NCBI RefSeq assembly: GCF_006345805.1
Contig: NW_021836544.1
Span: 1-26,063, forward strand
Direction: 5' to 3'
Origin: Octopus sinensis
Taxonomy: Eukaryota
Length of the DNA: 26,063 nucleotides
Part shown: positions 1 through 12,856 of the stretch, one piece after another
Position numbering within the stretch: position 1 is the first letter of the stretch
Layout of the letters: each line of letters opens with the position of its first letter
Made by a program: the position numbers and the translations under genes
The notes under the pieces: generated by a model
What the model was told of the DNA's origin: nothing
What the model saw: the letters and a program-made list of their open reading frames with translations, nothing else
Database searches by the model: none

Positions 1-3000
1 TTGTATACGTTTATATACATATATATAATTGTCTACATTTATATACATATATATAATTTGTCTACGTTTATATACATTATATAATTTGTCTACGTTTATA
101 TACATATATATAATTTGTCTACGTTTATATACATATATATAATTTGTCTACGTTTATATACATATATATAATTTGTCTACGTTTATATACATATATATAA
201 TTTGTCTACGTTTATATACATATATATAATTTGTCTACGTTTATATACATATATATAATTTGTCTACGTTTATATACATATATATAATCTGTCTACGTTT
301 ATATACATATATATAATCTGTCTACGTTTATATACATATATATAATTTGTCTACGTTTATATACATATATATAATTTGTCTACGTTTATATACATATATA
401 TAATTTGTCTACGTTTTATACATATATATAATTTGTCTACGTTTATAACATATATATAATTGTCTACGTTTATATACATATATATAATTTGTCTACGTTT
501 ATATACATATATATAATTTGTCTACGTTATATACATATATATAATTTGTCTACGTTATATACATATATATAATTTGTCTACGTTTATATACATATATATA
601 ATTTGTCTACGTTTATATACATATATATAATTTGTCTACGTTATATACATATATATAATTGTCTACGTTATATACATATATATAATTTGTCTACGTTTAT
701 ATACATATATATAATTTTGTCTATACGTTTATATACATATATATAATTTGTCTACGTTTATATACATATAATAATTTGTCTACGTTTATATACATATATA
801 TCATTTGTCTACGTTTATATACATATATATAATTTGTATACCTTTGTATACATATATATAATTTGTATACCTTTGTATACATATATATAATTTGTATACG
901 TTTGTATACATATATATAATTTGTATACGTTTGTATGCATATATATAATTTGTATACGTTTGTATGCATATATATAATTTGTATACGCCTGTATACATAT
1001 CAATAATTTGTATACGTTTGTATACATATACATAATTTGTATATATACATATACATAAGTTGTATATATTCATCTACATAATTTGCATATATATTCATAT
1101 ACATATATATATATATATATAATTTGCATATATATTCATATACATATATATATATATAATTTGCATATATTCATATACATATATATATATATATATAATT
1201 TGCATATATTCATATACATATATATATATAATCTGCATATATTCATATACATATATGTAATTTGCATATATTCATATACATATATGTAAGTTGCATATCT
1301 TCATATATGTAATTTGCATATCTTCATATGCATATATGTAAGTTGTATATCTTCATATGCATATATGTAATTTGTATATATTCATATGCATATATGTAAT
1401 TTGTATATATTCATATGCATATATGTAATTTGTATATATACATATGCATATATGTAATTTGTATATCTTTATATACATATATGTAATTTGTATAGCTTCA
1501 TATACATATGTGTAATTTGTATATCTTCATATACATATGTGTAATTTGTATATCTTCATATACACATGTGTAATTTGTATATCTTCATATACACATGTGT
1601 AATTTGTATATCTTCATATACACATGTGTAATTTGTATATCTTCATATACACATGTGTAATTTGTATATCTTCATATACACATGTGTAATTTGTATATCT
1701 TCATATACACATGTGTAATTTGTATATCTTCATATACACATGTGTAATTTGTATATCTTCATATACACATGTGTAATTTGTATATCTTCATATACACATG
1801 TTTAAATTGGATATCTTCATGTACATATATGTAATTTGTATATCTTCATATACATATATATAATATGTATATCTTCATATACATATATGTAATATGTATA
1901 TCTTCATATACATATATGTAATATGTATATCTTCATATACATATATGTAATATGTATATCTTCATATACATATATGTAAATGTATATCTTCATATACTAT
2001 ATGTAATATGTATATCTTCATATACATATATGTAATATGTATATCTTCATATACATATATGTAAATGTATATCTTCATATACATATATGTAATTTGTATA
2101 TCTTCATATACATATATGTAATTTGTATATCTTCATATACATATATGTAATTTGTATATATTCATATACATATATGTAATTTGTATATCTTCATATACAT
2201 ATATGTAATTTGTATATCTTCATATACATATATGTAATTTGTATATCTTCATATACATATATGTAATTTGTATATCTTCATATACATATATGTAATTTGT
2301 ATATCTTCATATACATATAGTAATTTGTATATCTTCATATACATATATGTAATTTGTATATCTTCATATACATATATGTAATTTGTATATCTTCATATAC
2401 ATATATTAATTTGTATATCTTCATATACATATGTAATTGTATATCTTCATATACATATATGTAATTTGTATATCTTCATATACATATATGTAATTTGTAT
2501 ATCTTCATATACATATGTAATTTGTATATCTTCATATACATATATGTATTTGTATATCTTCATATACATATATGTAATTTGTATATCTTCATACATATAT
2601 GTAATTGCATATCTTCATATATGTAATTTGCATATATTCATATACATATGTAATTTGTATATCTTCATATACATATATGTAATTTGTATATCTTCATATA
2701 CATATATGTAATTTGTATATCTTCATATACATATATGTAATTTGTATATCTTCATATACATATATGTAATTTGTATATCTTCATATACATATATGTAATT
2801 TGTATATCTTCATATACATATATGTAATTTGTATATCTTCATATACATATATGTAATTTGTATATCTTCATATACATATATGTAATTTGTATATCTTCAT
2901 ATACATATATGTAATTTGTATATCTTCATATACATATATGTAATTTGTATATCTTCATATACATATATGTAATTTGTATATCTTCATATACATATATGTA

Positions 3001-6000
3001 ATTTGTATATCTTCATATACATATATGTAATTTGTATATCTTCATATACATATATTAATTTGTATATCTTCATATACATATATGTAATTTGTATATCTTC
3101 ATATACATATATGTAATTTGTATATCTTCATATACATATATGTAATTTGTATATCTTCATATACATATATGTAATTTGTATATCTTCATATACATATATG
3201 TAATTTGTATATCTTCATATACATATATGTAATTTGTATATCTTCATATACATATATGTAATTTGTATATCTTCATATACATATATGTAATTTGTATATC
3301 TTCATATACATATATGTAATTTGTATATCTTCATATACATATATGTAATTTGTATATCTTCATATACATATATGTATTTGTATATCTTCATATACATATA
3401 TGTAATTTGTATATCTTCATATACATATATGTAATTTGTATATCTTCATATACATATATGTAATTTGTATATCTTCATATACACATATGTATTTGTATAT
3501 ATTCATATACATATGTAATTTGTATATATCATATACATATATATATATAATTTGCATATATTCATATACATATATAATTTGTATATATACATATGCATAT
3601 ATGTAATTTGCATATATTCATATATATATATAATCTGCATATATTCATATACATATATGTAATTTGCATATATTCATATACATATATGTAAGTTGCATAT
3701 CTTCATATATGTAATTTGCATATCTTCATATGCATATATGTAAGTTGTATATCTTCATATGCATATATGTAATTTGTATATATTCATACATATATGTAAT
3801 TTGTATATATTCATATACATATATGTAATTTGTATATATACATATGCATATATGTAATTTGTATATCTTTATATACATATATGTAATTTGTATAGCTTCA
3901 TATACATATGTAATTTGTATATCTTCATATACATATGTGTAATTTGTATATTCATATACACATGTGTAATTTGTATATCTTCATATACACATGTGTAATT
4001 TGTATATCTTCATATACACATGTGTAATTTGTATATCTTCATATACACATGTGTAATTTGTATATCTTCATATACACATGTGTAATTTGTATATCTTCAT
4101 ATACCATGTGTAATTTGTATATCTTCATATACACATGTGTAATTTGTATATCTTCATATACACATGTGTAATTTGTATATCTTCATATACATATGTGTAA
4201 TTTGTATCTTCATATACATATAGTAATTTGTATATCTTCATATACTATATATAATATGTATATCTTCATATACATATATGTAATTGTATATCTTCATATA
4301 CATATATGTAATATGTATATCTTCATATACATATATGTAATATGTATATCTTCATATACATATATGTAAATGTATATCTTCATATACTATATGTAATATG
4401 TATATCTTCATATACATATATGTAATATGTATATCTTCATATACATATATGTAAATGTATATCTTCATATACATATATGTAATTTGTATATCTTCATATA
4501 CATATATGTAATTTGTATATCTTCATATACATATATGTAATTTGTATATATTCATATACATATATGTAATTTGTATATCTTCATATACATATATGTAATT
4601 TGTATATCTTCATATACATATATGTAATTTGTATATCTTCATATACATATATGTAATTTGTATATCTTCATATACATATATGTAATTTGTATATCTTCAT
4701 ATACATATAGTAATTTGTATATCTTCATATACATATATGTAATTTGTATATCTTCATATACATATATGTAATTTGTATATCTTCATATACATATATTAAT
4801 TTGTATATCTTCATATACATATGTAATTGTATATCTTCATATACATATATGTAATTTGTATATCTTCATATACATATATGTAATTTGTATATCTTCATAT
4901 ACATATGTAATTTGTATATCTTCATATACATATATGTATTTGTATATCTTCATATACATATATGTAATTTGTATATCTTCATACATATATGTAATTTGCA
5001 TATCTTCATATATGTAATTTGTATCTTCATATACATATATGTAATTTGTATATCTTCATATACATATATGTAATTTGTATATCTTCATATACATATATGT
5101 AATTTGTATATCTTCATATACATATATGTAATTTGTATATCTTCATATACATATATGTAATTTGTATATCTTCATATACATATATGTAATTTGTATATCT
5201 TCATATACATATATGTAATTTGTATATCTTCATATACATATATGTAATTTGTATATCTTCATATACATATATGTAATTTGTATATCTTCATATACATATA
5301 TGTAATTTGTATATCTTCATATACATATATGTAATTTGTATATCTTCATATACATATATGTAATTTGTATATCTTCATATACATATATGTAATTTGTATA
5401 TCTTCATATACATATATGTAATTTGTATATCTTCATATACATATATTAATTTGTATATCTTCATATACATATATGTAATTTGTATATCTTCATATACATA
5501 TATGTAATTTGTATATCTTCATATACATATATGTAATTTGTATATCTTCATATACATATATGTAATTTGTATATCTTCATATACATATATGTAATTTGTA
5601 TATCTTCATATACATATATGTAATTTGTATATCTTCATATACATATATGTAATTTGTATATCTTCATATACATATATGTAATTTGTATATCTTCATATAC
5701 ATATATGTAATTTGTATATCTTCATATACATATATGTAATTTGTATATCTTCATATACATATATGTATTTGTATATCTTCATATACATATATGTAATTTG
5801 TATATCTTCATATACATATATGTAATTTGTATATCTTCATATACATATATGTAATTTGTATATCTTCATATACACATATGTAATTTGTATATATTCATAT
5901 ACATATATGTAATTTGTATATATTCATATACATATATGTAATTTGTATATATTCATATATGTAAGTTGTATATCTTCATATACATATATATAATTAGTAT

Positions 6001-6612
6001 ATCTTCATATTCATATATGTAATTTGTATATATTCATATACATATATGTAAGTTGTTTATCTTCATATACATATATATAATTTGTATATCTTCATATTCA
6101 TATATCTAATTTGTATATCTTCATATACGTATATGTAATTTGTATATCTTCGTTTACGTATATATAATTTGTATATATTCGTATACATATATATAATTTG
6201 TATATATTCATATCCATATATGTAATTTGTATATATACATATACATATATGTAATTTGTATATATTCATATACATATATGTTTTATGTATATCTTCATAT
6301 ACATATATGTAATTTGTATATCTTCATATACATACATGTAATTTGTATACCTTCAGATACATATATATAATTTGTATATCTATATATACATATATGTAAT
6401 TTGTATAGCTTCATATACATATATGTAATTTGTATATCTTCATATACTTATGTTTAAATTGGATATCTTCATATACATATATGTAATTTGTATATATTCA
6501 TATACATATATATAAGTTGTATATCTTCATATACATATATATAATTTGTATATCTTCATATACGTATATATAATTTGTATATCTTCATATACGTATATAT
6601 AATTTGTATATA

Positions 6613-6648
<36 letters not shown>

Positions 6649-9355
6649 GTACATATTCATATACATATATATAATTTGTATATGTTCATATACATATATA
6701 TAATTTGTATATGTTCATATACATATATATAATTTGTATATCTTCATATACATATATGTAATTTGTATATCTTCATATACATATATGTAAATTGTATATC
6801 TTCATATACATATATATAATTTGTATATATTCATATGCATATATGTAATTTGTATATATTCATATACATTTATGTAATTTGCATATATACATATACATAT
6901 ATTTAAATTGGATATCTTCATATACATATATGTAATTTGTATACCTTCATATACATATATATAATTTGTATATCTTTATATACATATATGTAATTTGTAT
7001 ATATTTATATACATATATATTATTTGTATATATTTATATACATATATATAATTTGTATATATTCATACACATATATATAATTTGTATATATTCATATACA
7101 TATATATAATTTGTATAAATTTATATATATGTATATAAATATATACTAATTATATTTATAATCATATATATTTTGTATATATTTATATACAAATATACAA
7201 TATGTATAGGTGTATATACATATATATAATTTGTATACGTTTATATACATATATATAATTTGTATACATATATACATATATATAATTTGTATACATATAT
7301 ACATATATATAATTTGTATACATATATACATATATATAATTTGTATACATATATACATATATATAATTTGTATACATATATACATATATATAACTTGTAT
7401 GCATATATATAATTTGTATATCTTCATATACATATATATAAGTTGCATATTTCCATATATATATATGTAATTTGTATATATTCATATACATACATGTAAT
7501 TTGTATATATTCATATACATACATGTAATTTGTATATATTCATATACATATATGTAATTTGTATATATTCATATACATATATGTAATTCGTATATCTTCA
7601 TATACATATGTGTAATTCGTATATCTTCATATACATATATGTAATTTGTATATCCTCATATACATATGTATAATTTGTATATATATTCATATACATATAT
7701 ATAATTTGTATATATTCATATACATATATATAATTTGTATGTATTCATATACATATATATAATTTGTATATATTCATATACATATATATAATTTTATATA
7801 TTCATATACAAATATATAATTTGTATATATTCATATACAAATATATAATTTGTATATATTCATATACATATATATAATTTGTATATATTCATATATATAA
7901 TTTGTATATATTTATATACATATATATAATTTGTATATATTTATATACAAATATATAATTTGTATATATTTATATACATATATATAATTTGTATATATTT
8001 ATAGATATATATATAATTTGTTTATATTTATAGATATATATATAATTTGTTTATATTTATAGATATATATATAATTTGTTTATATTTATATATATATATA
8101 TATAATTTGTATATATTTATATATATGTATATAAATATATACAAATTATATATATCATTATATATATTTTGTATATATTTATATACAAATATATAATTTG
8201 TATACGTTTATATACGTATATATAATTTGTGTACGTTTATATACATGTATATAATTTGTGTACGTTCATATACATATATATAATTTGTATACGTTTATAT
8301 ACATATATATAATTTGTATACGTTTATATACATATATATAATTTGTATACGTTTATATACATATATATAATTTGTATACGTTTATATACATATATAATTT
8401 GTATACGTTTATATACATATATATAATTTGTATACGTTTATATACATATATATAATTTGTATACGTTTATATACATATATATAATTTGTATACGTTTATA
8501 TACATATATATAATTTGTATACGTTTATATAAATATATATAATTTGTATACATTTATATACATATATATAATTTGTATACGTTTATATACATATATATAA
8601 TTTGTATACGTTTATATACATATATATAATTTGTATACGTTTATATACATATATATAATTTGTATGCATATATATAATTTGTATATATTTTTATGCATAT
8701 ATATAATTTGTATATATTTACATGCATATATGCGGTTTCTATATATTTACATACATATATGCAATTTATATATATTTACATACCTATATGCAATTTGCAT
8801 ATATTTACATACCTATATGCAATTGGTATATATTTACATTCCTATATGCAATTTGCATGTATTTACATACCTATATGCAATTTGCATATATTTACATACC
8901 TATATGCAATTTGCATGTATTTACATACCTATATGCAATTTGCATGTATTTACATACCTATATGCAATTTGCATGTATTTACATACCTATATGCAATTTG
9001 CATGTATTTACATACCTATATACAATTTGCATATATTTACATACCTCTATACAATTTGCATATATTTACATAGCTATATACAATTTGCATATATTTACAT
9101 AGCTATATACAATTTGCATATATTTACATAGCTATATACAATTTGCATATATTTACATACCTGTATACAATTTGCATATATTTACATACCTGTATACAAT
9201 TTGCATATATTTACATACCTATATACAATTTGCATATATTTACATACCTATATACAATTTGCATATATTTACATACCTATATACAATTTGCATATATTTA
9301 CATACCTATATACAATTTGCATATATTTACATACCTATATATAATTTGCATATAT
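1..9355. repeat. AT-rich tandem minisatellite/satellite array, ~29-bp monomer (roughly 320 copies), running off the left edge of the window
   Basis: Monomers read directly: AATTTGTCTACGTTTATATACATATATAT (1-~830), GTAATTTGTATATCTTCATATACATATAT (~1250-7000), a 27-bp variant ATTTGTATACATATATACATATATATA (~7250-7400), AATTTGTATACGTTTATATACATATATAT (~8190-8660), GCAATTTGCATGTATTTACATACCTATAT-type (~8750-9355). The Y/I/M/C-rich ORFs are translations of this repeat. Confidence 0.98.
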
Positions 9356-9379
9356 ACAATTGTCTATAAAGCATACAAT

Positions 9380-9520
9380 GTAGAGAAAAAAAGAAGATTT
9401 GAACACCTGGAGGAAAGCACCGTCGAAAAGTGTCTTGGTGCGACTATGAAAGATATCTCCGCAGAAGTAGAGGTAGGCTGGATTGTAGCCAAACTTCTAC
9501 ACCAGAGGGAGGACAAAATG
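9380..9520 (+). mobile_element. Possible degraded 3' end fragment of an RTE-like LINE ORF
   Basis: With one frameshift it reads KKRR..NTWR/STVEK..LGATMKDISAEVE.GW.IVA, resembling the RTE C-terminal pattern RGRPxxTWRRTVExE...W..LV. Short and degenerate. Confidence 0.3.
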
Positions 9521-9569
9521 CAATTGGTCGAAATTGCAAGAGAAGGGCCTACAATTCCAGTCTGTTATA

Positions 9570-9990
9570 TATTTTATAACAGCCTCTTTAGTTTCATCTG
9601 AAGTCTTTGGTCGCCCGGAACGGGGTTTATCCGAAACACTGCCTGTTTCTTTAAATTTCTTGATCAATTTCCTGACGGCAGTAAAATAAATAGGTTGCCT
9701 ACAAGGGTGTGGAAGATTAAATTCTTCCGCAATTTTGCGATAATACCATCCCTCTCGTCCACTTAATAATACTAACTCGATTCTTTCTTCTTTAGACAGA
9801 TTCATCATTCGATCTGGGATTCTTTCTTCTTTAGACAGAGCCATCATTCGATCATCTGTAGAAAAAATAACAAATAAATTTAGAAAAGTAAAGTATTTTT
9901 TTATTTAATTTAAACAAAAGTAAAAAAGGAAAATTATTATTTCTTATGTTATGATTTTATTCCATAAACCCAGACTTCGTGGACACCCTA
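9570..9990 (-). mobile_element. 5' fragment of a Tc1/mariner-superfamily DNA transposon (N-terminal HTH of a probable DD37D/DD37E-like transposase) with one TIR
   Basis: ORF 9497-9847(-): LSKEERIELVLL..YRKIAEEFN....AVRKLIKKFKETGSVSDKPRSGRPKT is a paired-like HTH plus GRPR-like linker, and homology stops after EAVI. The minus strand starts at 9990 with the TIR-like TAGGGTGTCCACGAAGTCTGGG. A polypyrimidine tract plus CAG (TTTTTTCTACAG) lies just upstream of the ATGs. No catalytic domain remains, so the family assignment is tentative. Confidence 0.85.
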
Positions 9991-11087
9991 AAATTGCTCT
10001 GATTAAAACCCTTTCAACATGGAAGTATCCAAGGAGCATTTAAGGCACATATAATTCTTTATGAGTACAATAAAGGTAACTCTGATGCCGAAGTGACTCG
10101 AAACATACACTCAGTTTATAGCAAAATGCTCGAATGAAAGAACTTGCAGGAGATCGTCTGCAAAATTGAAGATGAATATCGAACAGGATGTCCAGTTGAG
10201 TTTGACAAGCTCCTTGAGGCATTACTTGAAGAAAATCTGTCATTATCAGTTGAAGAATTGACAATAAAGCTTACTTCAAACCATACAACAGTTCATCGTC
10301 ATCAACAACGTGGAAAGGTTCCTAAACTTGGAAAATAGGTGCCTTATGTATTGTCCGAAAGCAACCGCAAATCCCGAGTTGGCATCTGCTCTTCTCTCCA
10401 TTCTCGCAAACTCATTTCACCCTTTTTCGATAGACTTGTGATGAAAAATGGATTTTCTATCGAAATGTTAGACGTCGTAAACAGTGGCTTGGTAAAAGGA
10501 AAAATTCTCAACCACAACCGAGAAGGGAACTTCATGGGAAAAAGGTTCTACTCTCTATCTGGTGCGATTGCAAAGGCGTAATTCACTTTATATGTTACCA
10601 CCTAATGCAACAATCAATGCTCAAGTCTACTGTCAGCAATTAGAGCGTTTGAACCAAGCTTTGAAGGAAAAAAGAGCCGCTTTAGTGAGTCGAAAACGAA
10701 TGATGTTTCATCAGGACAATGCGCAAACCCCACACTGCAAAGATCACATCACAGAAGATCGAAGGGGTCGGTTTGGAAGAATTTCTTCATCCAACTTATT
10801 CTCCCGACCTTACTCCTTCAGGATACCATTTGTTTTCATAGTTTACAGAATTAGTAGGGGGATACAACTTTCGCAAGCCAGGGGGAGGTCGAACCTGACA
10901 TTTCAGAGTTCTTCGCTTTCAAACCAAAAGAGTTTTACGTTGATGGGATTAAAAAGCTTGTAAATAGATGGAGGTAAGTCATAGATAATTAGGGAAAGTA
11001 CATTGATGATTAACTTTCAATTAAATATAACATTTGATCACTTGTATTCTTTATCCAAATTCAGACAGAACTTATGGGATGACCTGA
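9991..11087 (+). mobile_element. Mariner (DD34D) transposon, degraded, left TIR missing
   Basis: Contains the transposase pseudogene 10019-11013. The right end CAGACAGAACTTATGGGATGACCTGA (11062-11087) is a mariner-type TIR. The left end abuts the TIR of the opposite-strand element at 9990. Confidence 0.9.
10019..11013 (+). pseudogene. Mariner Mos1-like transposase pseudogene (frameshifts and stops)
   Basis: Across frames: MEVSKEHLRH..LYEYNKGNS; EDEYRTGCP; GK*VPYVL (WVPHEL motif); DEKWIFYRN (10440); INAQVYCQQLERL; FHQDNA; HPTYSPDLTPSGYHLF (YSPDLAPSD with the third D changed to G); ends GKYIDD-TAA at 11011-11013. Confidence 0.95.
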
Positions 11088-11489
11088 GATATATACACTG
11101 GTGAAAATATATTTAAGACAGACGATAAAAGTTCTATTTCTTACAAAATATTTTGTTACTAACACCATACAAATTATTTTTATCTTTAACACCCTTATGC
11201 AAAATTTATTTCGCTTTCGAATGATGCAGACAATAACCATTTTTATACTACTTGAAGAATTCTAATGCTAAATATAATTTTAATGGAGATAACCTGCAGT
11301 ATATAGTACAAACATTTTTTGTCTCCGTATATGAGCTAAGTATTAATAAAATGTGGTATACGATAAAAATTTCGGATATTTGTCTTAAAACATTCGGACA
11401 AGAAAATTCAGATGTAGCACATGAGGTATTATTCCATACGAATATCCACATATTTATATTAAGAATTTCATGATAAAAATATAGAAATA

Positions 11490-11968
11490 TTGGGTTGTCC
11501 GGAAAGTTCTTGCAGATTTATAGTAGCTTATCTTTCGACTTATTTTAGAACATGTTTGAGTTCATAAAATAGGATTTGACTACACCTCCATTTGGAGCAC
11601 AGTTTAATCTATCTTTTCGTGGAAGAAGGTTTATGTTCCAATAACGTGTTAATTCTGTAAACCTTTAAATTAAAAGATGAGAAAAATTCATTATCGGCAT
11701 TTGATGCTTTGGAACCAGACAAAAATTGCTGCAGCTTGGCTGGGGTGACTTGGCCCACCCTCCATATTCACCAGATATTACTCCTTCGGATTTCCACTTA
11801 TTCAGTCTCTGCAGAATAGTCTTAATGGTGAAAATTTCAATTCCTTAGATGACGTAAAAAGATACCTTGATGAATTATTTGTCTTGAAACCACCCCAATT
11901 CTGGGAGGAGTATTTAGTGACCATGTACTTTCCTTTAAAAATCGGAACGAACTTCCCGGACAACCCAA
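11490..11968 (+). mobile_element. Non-autonomous mariner internal-deletion derivative (479 bp) with both TIRs and TA target-site duplication
   Basis: TA|TTGGGTTGTCCGGAAAGTTC...GAACTTCCCGGACAACCCAA|TA. The interior joins the N-terminal IHYRHLML directly to the C-terminal TRQKLLQLGWGDLAHPPYSPDITPSDFHLF/SLQNSLNGENFNSLDDVKRYL. Confidence 0.95.
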
Positions 11969-12320
11969 TATAAACATAACAATGAAATACAAATAAAAAC
12001 ATGAAAAATGAAAACCTGAATTGAAAGAGGCGATTAAATTATTTTTCCTAACCTGCAGCCGTTTGTTGTACGAGGTATTCGAAATTCAGCCCTCCTTCCT
12101 CAGGGTTCCTTTCTCGAGGTAAAATCCAGCAGAAAGCAGTAAGGCACTACATGACGAGTATTCAGTTGGTGAATTTTTTCAAGAGGATACGTTTAAATAA
12201 GAAATGGAAATCATTTAGTTAATCATGCAATTTTGGGAATATTCCATTTTTTACTGATATATACTACAATAACAAAGAAATTATTTAAGATTTTAGATTT
12301 ATGCATAAGTATTCTTATGG

Positions 12321-12447
12321 TTCCAAAACGCATGGTTCTCAGTTCAGTCCCACTGTGGTAACTTGGCATGTGTCTTCTACTATAGCCTGAGACCAACCAA
12401 AGCCTTGTCAGTGGATTTTGTAGACAGAAACTGAAAGAAATCAATCG

Positions 12448-12479
<32 letters not shown>

Positions 12480-12600
12480 CGTCTGTGTATTGTCTTTGTG
12501 TTTCTCCCTCATCACTGCTTCACAACTGGTGTTCGTTTATTTACATCCCCATAACATACTGGTTTCACAAGAAAAACTGATAGAATAAGTACCAGGCTTA
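12321..12600 (+). mobile_element. tRNA-derived SINE, family A (octopus-type), 5'-eroded, with internal (TATG)n tract
   Basis: B-box-like AGTTCAGTCCC, body GTGTCTTCTACTATAGCC..CCAAAGCCTTGTCAGTGGATTTTGTAGACAGAAACTGAAAG and GATAGAATAAGTACCAGGCTTA. Homologous to copies at 17428-17565, 17725-17860, 18675-18805 and 22461-22690. Confidence 0.85.
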
Positions 12601-12696
12601 TCAAAATTTTAAAAAGTTCTACGCAGTGTCTCACATTTTGTTTTGCCCACTCAGTTGTATCTATCAATTTATCTTTGTGTTGTGTGTGTACATACA

Positions 12697-12707
12697 TATA
12701 TATATAG

Positions 12708-12762
<55 letters not shown>

Positions 12763-12786
12763 TATTATATATATATATATATATAT
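12697..12786. repeat. (TA)n microsatellite
   Basis: Direct reading. Confidence 0.95.
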
Positions 12787-12856
12787 GGATTTCGTGGACA
12801 GGAACTGAAACAAATCAATCGTATATATATGTATGTATATATGTAAGTGTATGTGT
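12781..12856 (+). repeat. Left copy of a 76-bp direct repeat (LINE target-site duplication)
   Basis: ATATATGGATTTCGTGGACAGGAACTGAAACAAATCAATCG...GTAAGTGTATGTGT matches 15557-15632 with 4 substitutions. Confidence 0.9.

Noticed and set aside
1-9355. CRISPR array (29-bp periodic repeats)
   Set aside because: The monomers are contiguous with no unique spacers, there are no cas genes, and the context is eukaryotic.
721-9369. Many Y/I/M/C/H-rich ORFs of 62-166 aa
   Set aside because: They are translations of the 27-29-bp minisatellite in overlapping frames, with no protein-like complexity.
9143-9601. 152-aa ORF as a real gene
   Set aside because: It is a chimeric read-through of satellite, a possible LINE remnant and the antisense strand of a transposase fragment.
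10019-11013. Domesticated SETMAR-like gene or active transposase
   Set aside because: It has multiple stops and frameshifts, the third catalytic D is mutated, and there is no SET domain.
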